A DNA stretch of 64,000 bases from the human T2T-CHM13v2.0 reference genome, Homo sapiens, in assembly GCF_009914755.1 (NCBI RefSeq), contig NC_060926.1. One strand, given 5' to 3'. Numbering within the stretch: the stretch's first letter is position 1; the number at the start of each line of letters is the position of its first letter. Below, in pieces: positions 24,870-38,344 of the stretch. The notes beneath the pieces are model-generated. The model had not been told where the DNA came from, searched no databases, and worked only from the letters and a program-made list of their open reading frames with translations. A program made the position numbers and the translations under genes.

Positions 24870-25577
24870 TAATACTGAATTTATATTTAAGTTTTCCAGA
24901 TTGGCAAAAAAAAAAATCCCTTTATGATGAGTATGTTCAAATTCAGAACAAAACAAGCTGTGTGCTTTGCATTTGTTGTGTTTTTAGAATTATGGAAACA
25001 TTGCAAAATAGCACAGAGTTGGAAAATACTCTTCCCTCAGCTTCCCCTAGTATTAACATCTTACATAGCCATAGTGCAATAATCAAAACCAAAAAATTAA
25101 CATTGGTCACAATATTATTAATTAACCTACTGGTGAATTCAAATTCCACCAGTTGTTTTCATTAATTATTTTTTCCTTCTTCTTCCAGGATCCAACCCAG
25201 GATCCCTTGTTGCATATACAGCCCACTTTATCTCCCAACGTTATCGAGTTATTGAAGAAACTGAAACAATTGATAGAATTTCTACATTCTGAATTTTTTG
25301 TGTTTTCTTACGATGTTAGTCACTATGTATCTTTATCCATTGTATTTCCTGAAAATTAGAAGATAGAACAAATGGTTTGATTTGATTCAGTGTCATCATT
25401 TTTAACTAAAATATTTCAAAGGTGATGCTGTGTACTTAATATTGTATCACATCAGGAGACGCAACATCTGCTTGTCCCATTTTAGTGGTGGTTGGAGGTT
25501 GAAGGGTGAAGACGCTTGAGGCCAGGTTGTTCAATTGTAAATTTTCCTATCAACTTTTCTCCTGATGGTTTTAGTAT

Positions 25578-25705
25578 TGTGAACAAAAGTTCTCTGAAAA
25601 GGGATTTGGAAGACAGAAACTTTCTGTCTTCTAGTGAACAGTTTGCAAACCTGGCAGTTACAGCTTTCAGTGTCTAAATTCCTTTTCAGAGAAGGTTTAT
25701 TCACA
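25578..25705. mobile_element. 128-bp TG...CA element with 33-bp terminal inverted repeats and 4-bp TSD, LTR-end derived (MER93-like)
   Basis: TIRs 25578-25610 and 25673-25705 match 28/33; GTAT on both sides (25574-77, 25706-09). Confidence 0.75.
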
Positions 25706-26629
25706 GTATCCATTGATAATCATTGCATGAATCACTTATTTCATTTGAGGTTGCAAAATGATGGTAATTTTCTAATTTTATTGTTTCTCTTAAAATTTAT
25801 TGTCTAGAATTACTCTGTAAAAGAAAATTTGTCCTTAACAACTAAAGTGATTTAGTTACCCTGAATTTTAATTTCTCCCTTTAATTACCAACTTTTAGAG
25901 TAAAGGGTTGGTGCTCTAGCTACCTTCAGCTGAAACAAGAGATTTTATTTTCTCTTTCATTTGGTTTGAGTAATTTGTCTCTGTATCACGTCTATGTTTT
26001 TAAGTATCATTATGAGCTCCTGGATATTATACATTCAATATTTCTCTTAATTATACTCATTATTCTTTTCCATGCTCAAATTCCTTGTCTCTTATCAGTA
26101 CTAGCCCAGTCAAGCTGGCCCTCATGCCCTTTGCACACAATTTCATTAGACATTGACAGTTTTCTTGTTTGTCAGCACAAGTTGTCAGTCTCATCTTGTG
26201 CATTTTTTTGCCCCAGATCTGGAATGAGCCAATCCTTCAAAAAGCCCAAATTTCTCTCTTTGTGAAAGAAAGTGAAAATGGTATTAGGAGATCATAGCCT
26301 GGATGTGAGAGTCAAGACATAGACACTATTTCTTGAAAGTGCATTATTTTTCATGAGCAGATTACTAGGCAACTATTAGAAAATAATCCACTACGAAGTT
26401 TGAAGGTAGGAAATTTTGTTTTGAAAATATTTTCCCTGTATCCCTTCAAAGCCAAGCTATCTACAAATCAGTTTCTGCACAGTAATTGAAACAAGATTCC
26501 ATTAGTGTATTTTGTACTTTCCTTGGGATGGCTTTCTAATTTAAAGAACAGCCTGCCTCAAAAGCTTGCAGTGACTGAGCAGATATGCTAGCACCAACTT
26601 TTCCAAAAAAAGAAAAAGAGAATATGTGA

Positions 26630-26933
26630 TTTTTTTTTTTTTTTTTTTTTTTGAGATGGAGTCTCACTCTGTCGTCCAGGCTAGAGTTTAGTGGTGCGAT
26701 CTCCGCTCACCGCAACTTTGCCTCCCTCGTTCAAGCAATTTTCCTTTGTTAGCCTCCTGAGTAGCTGGGTCTACAGACATGTGCCACCACACCTGGCTAT
26801 TTTTTGTATTTTTAGTAGAGACCAGGTTTCACTATGTGGGCCCAGCTGGTCTCGAACTCCTGACCTCAGATAATCCATTCGCCTTGGCCTCCCAAAATGC
26901 TGGGATTACAGGAGTGAGCCACCGCTCCCAGCC
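26630..26933 (-). mobile_element. Alu (AluS)
   Basis: Full dimer with polyT tail; TSD GAATATGTGATTTT at ~26620 and ~26935. Confidence 0.95.
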
Positions 26934-28559
26934 TGAATATGTGATTTTTTTTTTTAAATGTGCATCTGTTGACAGCAGAACTACACCAAAGAGTGCAATC
27001 ATTCTATTTTCTTAATTCTGGACTTAAAGTATGCCAATGTTACTGTTCACTACCTATACAGTATTACACTTGCCAAACTTAATGATGATGTTCTCCACGA
27101 AAACATCAGAAACAAGGCAGCAGAGTAACATTTTTCTGACTTCAGTAAATAGTTTTGTAATATATTTTCAGACGTTTACAAATGAACACGAGCAGGTTTG
27201 CAAATATCTGAGGTGGAATAAGTCAAATGTACATGATCATGTAAATTTTCTTAATATGTGGGATTGAAACTACAGTACTAAATCTACAGTACTAAAATTC
27301 ATACTTTCTATTTTTTAACTGTGTGCCTCATAATTATCTTGAACCACTGAGGCATTTCTGCAGCTCTAACTGACCTAGGATGACATTTACAAATGGTCTG
27401 TTCAGTTTCTCTAATTGACCAAATGAAATAGTACTGTGGCAAACACTAGAATTGGATCCATAAAAATCTATCCATTCATTTTTACAAATAAAATAGTTTT
27501 CTTTCCACTTGTCATTCCTTCATTGACATGATGAACTCAGTTTAGTTAATGTAGTTGGCACTTTATGTAGCAGTTTCTGAGCATTTTGCTGTGCTAATGA
27601 ATACTATGTTTGAATTGCAGTAAACATACCTATTTGATTACAGGAGTAAAGTTTTCATTCCTCCAAGTAAATGAAACATTAATTAATATGCTAATTAGAT
27701 ATTTTTAAATATATAATTTTAAATTGCTCAAATTATTAAAATAGAATATATTTTCTAAAAGTACCAGCAGTTGAATTCACAGTATACCAAAAATAGTTGA
27801 ATAAAATAATCTGATATAGTAGACAGAAATAATTTGTGGTACTATAATTCTAAATGCTTTTAGCTGACTAAGTAATAGTGTAATATTTGTTAAATTTGGC
27901 ATTGGATATAATATGAAACCATTAATATAAGTATATAATTACTATGTATTAATCATATGTAATTAATATATAGCATTAATATGTTTCTTATGCATATGAA
28001 TATAATATTAAAATCTGATATTTTTATAACATGAAGGATATTCTTTTTATGAAGAGTACATGTTTGAAGTACATTGTTTGACTACTGGGAACCGAAACAG
28101 ATGTTTCTAATAATTTACATTGCCAAATAATATTGATATGGTACTAATAAAAAGTATGGTACATACAATCATGCATATGCAACATTGAGTTAACTTTTAA
28201 TCCTTTATTACTGCACAATGAATGGAATTATATGAATAATAATCAAAAGGACAAAAGGCAATGATAAAATAAAGAATAGTTGATGTTTTGATAGAGAATT
28301 AGAAGGGCAGAAGGAGATGGAAAAGAGAGAGAGAGAGAAAGAAAAAGAGGCCAGGGTAAAGTAAAGAGAATTGCAGTACCGTAGAAACTTTCCACATTCT
28401 TTTTTTTTTTTTTTACATCGAGTCAATGACTAAAGTCCAGCAATAATCACGGTTTGATTTATTCAGTTTTTTATCTCTTCAACCAGCAGGTATTTAGAGC
28501 ATCTACCATGTGGTAAGCACATAGATCCCAATGCCTACATCTCTCAAATGTAAACTCCT

Positions 28560-28932
28560 TCTCTGCTCTCACTGCCTTCACTGACTCTTGAATATATCAA
28601 TTCCTTGTTTTTTATTCCCCTTTTCAATATAATGTATATCTGCATTACAAACTCACTTCATATATTGCCTCCTCTTAAGTGGTGTCCCCAATCTTACTCA
28701 GCCCAATTTAAATTAGTTTCCTGTTATCACAATATTTATACATATACATCTTAGTTTATTTATATTGCTTTTTTGTAAGGTGTTTATATTTTTGTCTTCT
28801 ATAGAAGACTGTGATGTCCATGGAGTCAGGGGGTTTGTGTCATTTATTCGTCTTTGATCTTATGACTTTTTAGTGTTTAGCATAAAGGAAGTACTCATCA
28901 TATAATTGTTGAATAAATAAATTAATGAATGA
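28560..28932. mobile_element. L2 3' fragment
   Basis: agaagactgtgatgtccatggagtcaggg...gtactcatcatataattgttgaataaataaattaatgaatga (L2 3' terminus). Confidence 0.6.
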
Positions 28933-29043
28933 AGAGCTACAACTTCCTTGAAGTAAAACTTATTGGTGTATAGAGTTTTGTTTGTTCCCTTTGCAATGAG
29001 AAATTGAGAAAATTATATTTGGCTTTAAATTACCCTATACTTA

Positions 29044-29352
29044 GGCCTGATGTAGTGTGGCTCACACCTGTAATCCTAGCACTTTGGAAGGCCGAGGTGG
29101 ATGGATTGCTTGAGCTCAGGAGTTGGAGACCAGCCTGAGCAACATGGTGAAACCACATCTCTACAAAAAATACAAAAATCAGCCGGGCATAGTGGCATAC
29201 ACCTGTAGTCCCAGCTACTTGGTGGGCTGAGGCGGGGAGGATCACTTGAGCCTGGGAGGTCATGGGTGCAGTAAGCTGTGATCGCGCCACTGCACTCCAG
29301 TCTGGATGACAGAGTGAGATCTCATCTCAAGAAAAATAAAATAGAAATAAAA
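29044..29352 (+). mobile_element. Alu (AluJ-like)
   Basis: Full dimer; TSD AAATTACCCTATACTT at ~29027 and ~29352. Confidence 0.95.
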
Positions 29353-30531
29353 AATTACCCTATACTTGAGAATATATTACTGTCATATTATTTTTATTAA
29401 TATTTATTCTTGATATATTCACACCAGTCTCCTTAAATATTAAACATCAGCTTTTCATTTTAACAACGGTTTGGGTGCCTAAAATATGTCAGACATATGT
29501 AAATCCCCCTGCACCAAATTTGTGTTTTAAAAGTGATTTTAAAGTCAAGGATTTATTGAGGTTCTACCACTGAAATAAAACTAGTGAGTAATCTATAAAA
29601 AACTTAAGATATACCTGTTATTTGCAATGGTATTTCTTGTATTGAGAAACATATAAATGTATTTTATAAACAGGAAAACAAACAGTGTTTATTTTTTAAT
29701 TATGTAATACAAACCATTGTCGTGTATGGAAATCAGGAAGCAGAATCCAGCCAGAAGAAAAGAATGTTGCAGAAACCGCATGAATAGTTGTGTAACTAGA
29801 AGATGGCTTATATAAAAAAACACATTAATAACTTACCTTGCAGGGGTGCAGGCCAAAGCAACTACTGTGCACTAATGACTGCAGTGGGGTCTTCTCAAAA
29901 GTAATGCAGTGAAGCATGTGTGAATCCTCTTTATGGGAAAATATTATGTGGATGATTTGGTGTTGCAGTCCTGCGCAATCCGTTTTGAGTATTTCTCTTA
30001 AGATAAATACTTGCTTATTTACTTGATGTCTCTCCCCTTCCTTTTTAATAGTCTGTGCCTTGTTTATAACTTTTGTTTTCTTTAATACATTCAAGGTACT
30101 TTCTGGCTTCCCTTTTGGGCATGCTAATAGGCAGATCTCTTGGCCTGGAACAGTCTTCCTCCCAACTTACCCTTTTCCTGTCATCCTTCTGTGTTTTTCC
30201 TACCTTTGGAAGCCTTCTCACTCTTCTTGACCTCATGCTCAGGGTGAATGCCCAGCTTTGTCTTCCAAAAGTGCCTGTGATGGAATTATCAAACTTTGCT
30301 GAAGTGTTGTATTTAAAAATCTATTCATTGCTAGTTTCTTAGGTCCACGAGTGGGAATCTAACCTGTTTTGCTTACCAATTTATCTTCAGTGCCTAGTAC
30401 AATATTCAATATCTAATGTATGAGTGAATGTTAATGATGTAACTGAAATATTAGGAGAAATATTGTGTAGCAAGTAGCAATTTCAAAGATCTAGTCACAG
30501 TAATGAAGGTTCAGGACCCCAAGAACTCATG

Positions 30532-30894
<363 letters not shown>

Positions 30895-33800
30895 TAATGT
30901 TAACCTATTACAAACAAGCTTAATCATGCAATCACATTCCACCCAGGATACAGGGCTGTGATAGAAGTGTTAATAGTCAAAAGATTAGTGGTAGAATTAC
31001 CTAATATAAACTCACAATTCATTCTATTGAAACAAATCCTTGATAATACTTCTCTCCCATTTATTGGTCTTATAGAGTAAATATTTCCCATATTTAACTT
31101 AGAGGGAAGAATAACAGAAATTGATTGAGGCTCTGACTAACTTACCTATGGCATCCTTTGTCGTTTGGTTTCAAGATTCATGAATTGTTTATTGAGGGCC
31201 AGCTATGTACGAGACTAATCATTAGAAGGGGCACAGATGAATAAGAAATAGTCTGCCCAATGGGATATGTGAAAATGTTTATAAAGAGTGGTTCAGAATA
31301 CACAGCAGTTTGGCTAACAACAGCTTTTCATTCTGAAATGTTAACCTTGGCATCTGGAAATTTTCAAATACTTATAAACTGTTTAAAGAATTTCAGACCC
31401 TTATGTTGTTTTCCTGTTACTTGTATAAAATGGAATTTCTTGAAGACACTAGTCATTTGCAGTGTTGGTTAATGAAGTTGTGGTAATTTAACTTAATGTT
31501 GGAAAGGCCATTACTATTTTCACATATATAATTTACTAAAAATTGTCATTAAAATAAGCTTTGCAGACATAAAGTTAAAACTCGTTTTATATGGAGCTAG
31601 AAATAAATACATGCAGCTACTTTTGCACTGTTGTTTCTCTTTGACATGAGCACCTTGAGGATCGGGGTTGTCCCGCCATGAGATATGATGAATGTTAGCA
31701 AGACTCCTTGTTACAAAATACCCCACAATGAATTCAGAGAGCACCAATTTTGTTACACATGTTTAGATCAGACATTTTATTTTTATAAATGAACCTATCT
31801 GTTTGTGCACGTGTGTGGATGTGTGTGGATGTCAGGGGCGGGGTGATATTTTCTGCAATTTCATTTTAATGTAAAGCAGGTACACTTCATTTATCAGAAT
31901 TTTGGACTTACTAAGTGTGTATAATTTGTATTTCGTGTTCAAAACAGCATATGTGATTTGGGGACCTCTAGGCATCTTAGACAGTTTCATTTTTCAGAGC
32001 AGGTCAGAGTGTGTGTGTCTCTGTTTAGCTGAGCGTCCAAGATCCTTGTTTCGTTTTCTGATTGGTATATCCTGTTCTTGGAGATGACAACCTTTTGCCG
32101 AATTGTATCCTTCTCCCAGCTTAATAAGTCTGTTTTTATTTTGCTTGAATTTTTTTCCATTCTGATAGTTTAAAATAAGCATATCTTTTAATTGACTTAT
32201 ATCTTTTTTGATTTGCTGAGAAAATCTGACTCCTAAAGGCAAAGCGCTCTAGGCATAGACTTTTCTTTAGCTTTTTACTTTCTTGGCTTCACTAATCTTT
32301 GGGGTGTTTTTCTATTTTATTCAAAAAGAACCTCTTTTTAAAAGAACCTCTCATTCCTTTTCACTTGTATGTTGATAAAATCTATTATCGTCCTGTGACT
32401 TAATGCTCTAAACCCAGAAATTTCCCCTAAGGCCTTTCAAAGGTGATATTTTTCCTAAATCAGTTTAACAGATGTTCTGCTTAACATCCTGCCTTATGTT
32501 AATGAGACTGTTTCTGCTTGGCAAGTAGGAAGAGACAGGGACCCTTTCTAGTAATAACTGCTGCTTGAAACACAATTTACAACAGACTCTAAACCTCTGG
32601 AAGCCTCTCAATCTAGTGACATTTGGAAGACTCAGGAGGAAAGGAAGGTGTAAACAATTCAAATACAGGCTATATAGGTGCTTTCTATAAATGTTCAAGA
32701 AATTATTATTTTTTGGCATGTGCATTTAAGGTTTTATTTTTAACCAGGCTTTTACTATGTTAGCCATATTCACTGTAATATATTCTAATCAAGTGCATCT
32801 TAATAGAAATTAATAAATATAAACACGTCTTAGTCATAGAGTACCTTATTAGCATTATAAGCAATTTTGTTCTTCAATGTAACTTAACAATTCTAATGAT
32901 CAAATTCTGGAAAGAACAGTATATTTTCTGTAAATAACTTAGATTTTAGAAAATATAAACAGATACCGTCAGATGTTTATTCTTGTGTTAGATGAAAGAA
33001 CACATAATTTTTGACTTCTATACTTCATTATCTTCATATGAATTCTTTTCACATTAAATGGGTGGCAAGGTTGATATCCGCATTGTAGTTATGCTAAAAC
33101 TAAGTCTTAGAAGACATTTATACTGTAATGACTCAGTTCTGAAGAATTACTACTACTTACCTATTATTGTCAACATTTAAAAATTATAAAGCATGGTTTT
33201 TACATTACTGCATGGGTAGGTTTCACTGATGAGAGCCATCATATGAAAACCACACGAACCTGAACTTTGTAAAAGCTATCCAAGTGTTTTAAACAGATAT
33301 TAAAAGCTTTAGATATCCTACTGGGGCTCCCAGTGATTGCAGTCCTGCCCACCTCCCACATGCAAGGGCCATCAGGGAAGGGAAGCGTGGAAGTTCCCAT
33401 GTTCTGGGAGTGGGGAAGGTTGAGTTAGAAGCATCAGTATGATCAGGATCATCAGTTTACTGAATGGAGCACAAGTGTTGGAATTTTTGGGTGGTGCTTT
33501 GTCGAGACTGGTCAAGAGATTTGAAATAATCATTGTATTGCATGCCTTTGGGTTTGAGAGATGTCCATATGACCTGGCAATGAGAACAATAACTAGACTC
33601 TTAGCTCAGACCAAACTGGGCTGTTCTAGTCCAATGTGAAGCACAAGTTTGGGCATCTCCTCAGTTCCCAAACTGCTCCCTTGAATGCTATTCCCTTTGG
33701 CAGGGGTGATAAATCTCTTTTAAACTAATTATCTCTTCTCTCCATGCCTTTGGGTATGTAAAGTCTTGTATCTTTTCAAAATAAAGAACTTTTGCTCTAT

Positions 33801-34121
33801 ATTGCTAAATAGGAAGATTTAGGGGTAAAATATTTAGTTTGAGTTTTTCAAACAAAATACAGTGAAAAATAGAACTTATTTAACCAATTAAGTATATCAA
33901 AAATATATTATGCCAGGTATGTGCTCTTATGGTATATAACTGATTTTATATAATGTTTACATCTGAAGTTAAAAACTTAATAAACACTTAATAATGACTA
34001 TATCTGCTGTACCATCTTGATTGTGTGACTTTCCTCTGTGGCCTGGTAAAGTGGAGGTTAAAAATATCTGTGGGACCTCAGAATGGGTATACTAAGGGAC
34101 TGAAACTCAAATATTATTTAT

Positions 34122-34941
34122 TTATGTATAACTGATATTGTAGGTTCAGGGGTACATGCACAGGTTTGTTATACAGGCAATTAGCATGTCATAGGGGTTT
34201 AGTGCACAGATTATTTTGTCACCCAGATAATGAGCGTAGTACCCAATAGGTAGTTTTTCAATTCTCACCCTCCTCCCAGCCGCTACCCTCAAGTAGGCCC
34301 TGGTGTCTATTGTTTCCTTCTTTATTTTCATATGTACTCAGTGTTTCACTCCCACATATAAGTGAGAACATGTAATATTTGGTTTTCTGTTCCTGCGTTA
34401 GTTTGCTTAGGATAATGTCTTCCAGCTCCATCCATATTGCTGCAAAGAACACGACCTTGTTCTTTCTTATAGCTGTGTAGTATTCCATGATGTATATGTA
34501 TCACACTTTTAAAATCCAGTCAACCAGTGATTAGCATTTAGGTTGATTCCATTTCTTTGCTATTGTGAATAGTGCTGCAATGAACATATGTGTGCATGTG
34601 TCATTATGGTTGAATGATTTATATTCTTTTGGGTATATACCCAGTAAAGGGATGGCTAGGTCATACGGTAATTTTAAGTTTTTTGAGGAATTGCCATGCT
34701 GATTTTCAGTGTATAAGTGTTCCCTTTGCTCTGCAACCTCACTAGCCTCTATTTTTGACAGTTTATTAATCAATAAGAAATACTAATAATAACATTCTTA
34801 TTATCAATTAATAATAGCCATTCTGATTGGTGTGAGATGGTATCTTATTGTGGTTTTGATTTTTATTTTTCTAATGATTAGTGATGTTGAGCACTTTTTA
34901 TATGCTTGTTGGTGACAGATATATCTTCTTTGGAAAAGTCC
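34122..34941 (-). mobile_element. 5'-truncated L1 3' end (L1MA-like) with internal deletions
   Basis: ORF2 C-terminal remnants (YDLAIPLLGIYPKEYKS, FAAIWMELEDIILSKL). 14-bp TSD CAAATATTATTTAT at 34108-34121 and 34942-34955. Confidence 0.9.
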
Positions 34942-36802
34942 CAAATATTATTTATAAATGATAGTAGAGAAGGAGACAGATGGCTGTTTCCTTCACATAT
35001 TCTAGTAGCAACCTCTAATTAAAATGAGGTAACTCAGAATATAAGTAAACCTGTACAGAAAGTTCATCTGGAAAACCTTGAATTACGTTATAAAAAGTGA
35101 AAATAGATAAGGCCAGGATAAATACAGGAAATTCCTCCTCTGTACCTCAGTTTCCCTCTTTGATATAAGCTAGTGTTTTAAATTATGTTTCCTCAGGCTT
35201 CTCCAACTCAAATTAGTCTGGATTTTTAAATTGCACTATTCAGGCAATAAGGTTATTCACTTACAAAAGACATAATTTTTATTTCATCAGATCTGAATAA
35301 AGTACAGTTTCTTTGCCTGTTTTGTTCTCATATTCCTGAAAAAGTAGCATTGAATTATGGCTATATTCCAGCAGATTCTTGTTGATTATAGGAAAGTTAA
35401 TGCCTTTTATTAAAACTGTATTTTAAAATCATCAAAACACTATAAGATTATTATACCTGTTTTTCCAGAAAAGAGCCTCGGAAAAAACAATTGCATTAAG
35501 ATGCGCTTCGTGTGTTTCAAACTTAATGTATTTAATCTTGATTAGTTGGCTGAGACCCAGCCAGTGCTCTGTCAGCAGATCAGGAGTAAAATAAAGAGGC
35601 TATAATTAATGAAATTAATGCCAGATATAGAAACTTGAGACTTGAGGTGACACTTTGGTCATAACATTTCCTTTGAACTTGGCAGAATGGAGAGACAGCT
35701 TAGTTGGAAGTAATTGTTCTTAGTTTAATGGCACATGATTAGATGAGAATGATTATTTTTCTCATTCTACTGGCTGCTAAGACTGTTGGCAGGGATGACT
35801 CTACAAAACTGTCAGACAAATTTGATCAAGAAGTTCAGAAAATGAAAGGACATGATTTAATTTACTATTTTTATCTTTCCTTTCTTACAAGAAGTACAAG
35901 TAAAATTTCAGAGTATGTCCATCTTCATCATTGCAACAATAAGAAATTGTTCCTAGCCAGCCTTCCTCACCTTCTAAATCCAATTAGTTGTCAAGTCCTG
36001 TTAAATTTCCCTTCTAAATATCTTTTTGATCTATCTCTGCAGTCACTTGTTTGGCCATTGTCTTTTACTACAGCTTCTCAATTGGTTTACTTGTTCAGTC
36101 TTGACCTCATCAGATATTTTCTCCAATGGACAGTCAAAGTGATCTCTGCAAAACACAGTCTCATAAGACTGTGTCACAGCCTTTGATAAAGCACAACAGT
36201 TACCCCTTACTGAATGGATTAGCATTTTTTTCAGGTGATAAGTACAGTTTCCCTTCAATATACAACACCAAATACTCCTTATCTGATGGAGGTTTGTCAT
36301 CATTCAAAAGAAATGGAAAAGTCTGTTTTACTCTAAAAATAGTTTTGTATAAGACTCCATTTCATAAGATTAAATCTTTAAATATTAATAATTACGGTAG
36401 TAATAATAGTCAATATTTATTGAGTACCCCTTGAAAGAGAAGAAGGGCGATTATGAGGAACAGTTTTAAGGTTAGGATAATTGCCAGGTCTGTCAAAGAC
36501 TGTTGTCAGTACTAGCTGTAGCATGGGGTGGGGGAGATGATACCAGGTTAAGGACAGTGTCCAATGGGCCACATGTATGGATGAGATGTGTCATTGAGGG
36601 AAAACAGGCAATGTCTATAAAAGGTGTGCAGAATGTGTATTCTGCTCTCAGTGTTCATAAATATTTATTAAGAACAGAAAATTTATGCAACGATACCACC
36701 AAGGTACTGGCAAATATTTTTAACTGTACATGCAGTCTAGGTCAGGGAACATTGCTTTGATTACATGTTACAGCACTTTGCAGGAGCACATCTAGGTGGG
36801 GA

Positions 36803-37237
36803 TGTATCTTAGTCCATTTGTGTTACTATAAAAGAATACCCAAAGCTAGGTACATTATAAATAAAATAAGTTTATTTGGCTCATGGTTCTGCAGGTTGTA
36901 CAAGAAGCATTTGCTTCTGGTGAGGACTCAGGCTGCTTCCCAGTCATGGCGGAAGGTGAAGGGGAACCAGTGTGTGCAGAAAACACAGAGATCATGTGGT
37001 GACAAAGGAAGCAAGAGAGAGAGGGAAGGAGGTGCCAGGCTCTTTGTACCAGCTGTCTTTAGAATTAACAGAGTGAGAACTTACCACCAATACATTCATG
37101 GAGAATGCATTGCACCAAGACATTCATGAGCGATCTGCCCCCATGCATCTAGACACCTCCCACCGGGCCCCATCTCCAACATTATGGGTCAAATTTCAGG
37201 AAGATATTTGAAGGGTTCAAGTGTCCAAACCATAGGA
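36803..37237 (-). mobile_element. MaLR solo LTR (MST/MLT1A-like)
   Basis: tgtatcttagtccatttgtgttactataaaagaatacc...tttatttggctcatggttctgcagg...ccaaaccatag; typical ~430-bp MaLR LTR reverse complement. Confidence 0.85.
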
Positions 37238-37284
37238 ATGGGTTTCAATTTAATTAAAAAAAAGTATGAAATCAAATGTATGAA

Positions 37285-37353
37285 AATGGAAAGGACTTGT
37301 GATAGTGAGAGTCCCTGAAGCTTAATCTTCACAAGTATGTTAAATCCACCTCT
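37285..37353. mobile_element. Possible hAT-Tip100-type (MER69/Arthur1-like) DNA transposon terminus
   Basis: ccctgaagcttaatcttc...taaatccacctctg resembles the reverse complement of CAGAGGCGGATTTACC...AAGCTTCAGGG (recalled consensus). Confidence 0.4.
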
Positions 37354-38344
37354 GGCCAGTTGAAGTTTTGAATGTTTAGTTAATGTTCCTCTTGAAACAT
37401 AGTCTATGCATGTTTCTCTTTGTTTGATGGTGATGGAAACATTTCTCTTTTAAGATTATAGCATATTCTCATTATAGTCCTAAACTTGGATCTTATGTGA
37501 TAACACTTTATAGTAAGCTCTGCTTGTTCCACCATTTGTTAGATATTTTATATACTTAACCAATTGATGTCTGAAGACAGATTAAGAAAATAATATGTAT
37601 TGCTTGAGGGAAGAAGCAGTTATAAAAGAGTATGATAGCCAATAAATAACTTGGAGTTATTAACATCAGAGGAAATGGAGCTTATAGAGTGTATAAGCAA
37701 TAGTGATGGCTTCAAATGGAGATGCTTTACATTGTGAAGAATGATTAAATAATTTTATCTTTGTTCACAGAAACTTTAACATTAGACTGAGGCTTCTGAA
37801 ATTGGCTTATAAGGCACAGAAAATCTACGTATTTCTTGCCTTCATTTGTTTTGGAGAGTTGTGTGGAGATATGGAATAGGTACAACAAAACAGATTTGCT
37901 TATTTACTTAGGTGACTCGGCAAAATGTTGCCAAATGTGGTGAGCAGGGTATTTAGAATATACAAATTTCAGAACAACAAAAATAGGGTTTGACTATGTG
38001 ACTTCTCATTCCACCCTTAAAGGCATTGTTTTTAAATTTTTAAAATTCCTTGAAATATAGTTCTAGGAATTATTATAATGAAAATTTAGAAATTGTTAAA
38101 TAAGTAAGCAGATTTGGTGGTAAATCTTTATGTCAATCATTTTTATTTCATTATATGCATCACGGTATGTAGGTCCTTTATGGCATAGTGAAATGGCTGA
38201 AATGTAGCATGTAATCATACAGCCTTTGTGGAATAGTTAACTTAAAGAACAGAAATAATGTGGCTTCACCACTTACAAACTGTGAGGCCTTAAGCAAGTT
38301 ATGTAACCTCTCTTAAGTACAAGGTTTTTCTGTTTTTGTTATTT

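Noticed and set aside
29831-29846. ACTTACCTTGCAGGGG matches the U1 snRNA 5' end (15/16); possible U1 pseudogene or antisense exon donor
   Set aside because: Downstream sequence does not follow U1. It is simply a consensus 5' splice site on the minus strand, with no matching acceptor visible.
33310-33700. GC-richer patch, possibly an old LTR (similar patches at ~4480-4810 and ~16000-16950)
   Set aside because: Could not assign a family or boundaries by eye; needs a Dfam search.
35743-36186. 147-aa ORF with a signal-peptide-like start (MRMIIFLILLAAKTVG)
   Set aside because: No recognisable domain, the 3' half overlaps L2-like sequence, and there is no promoter or splice support. Its length is within chance expectation.
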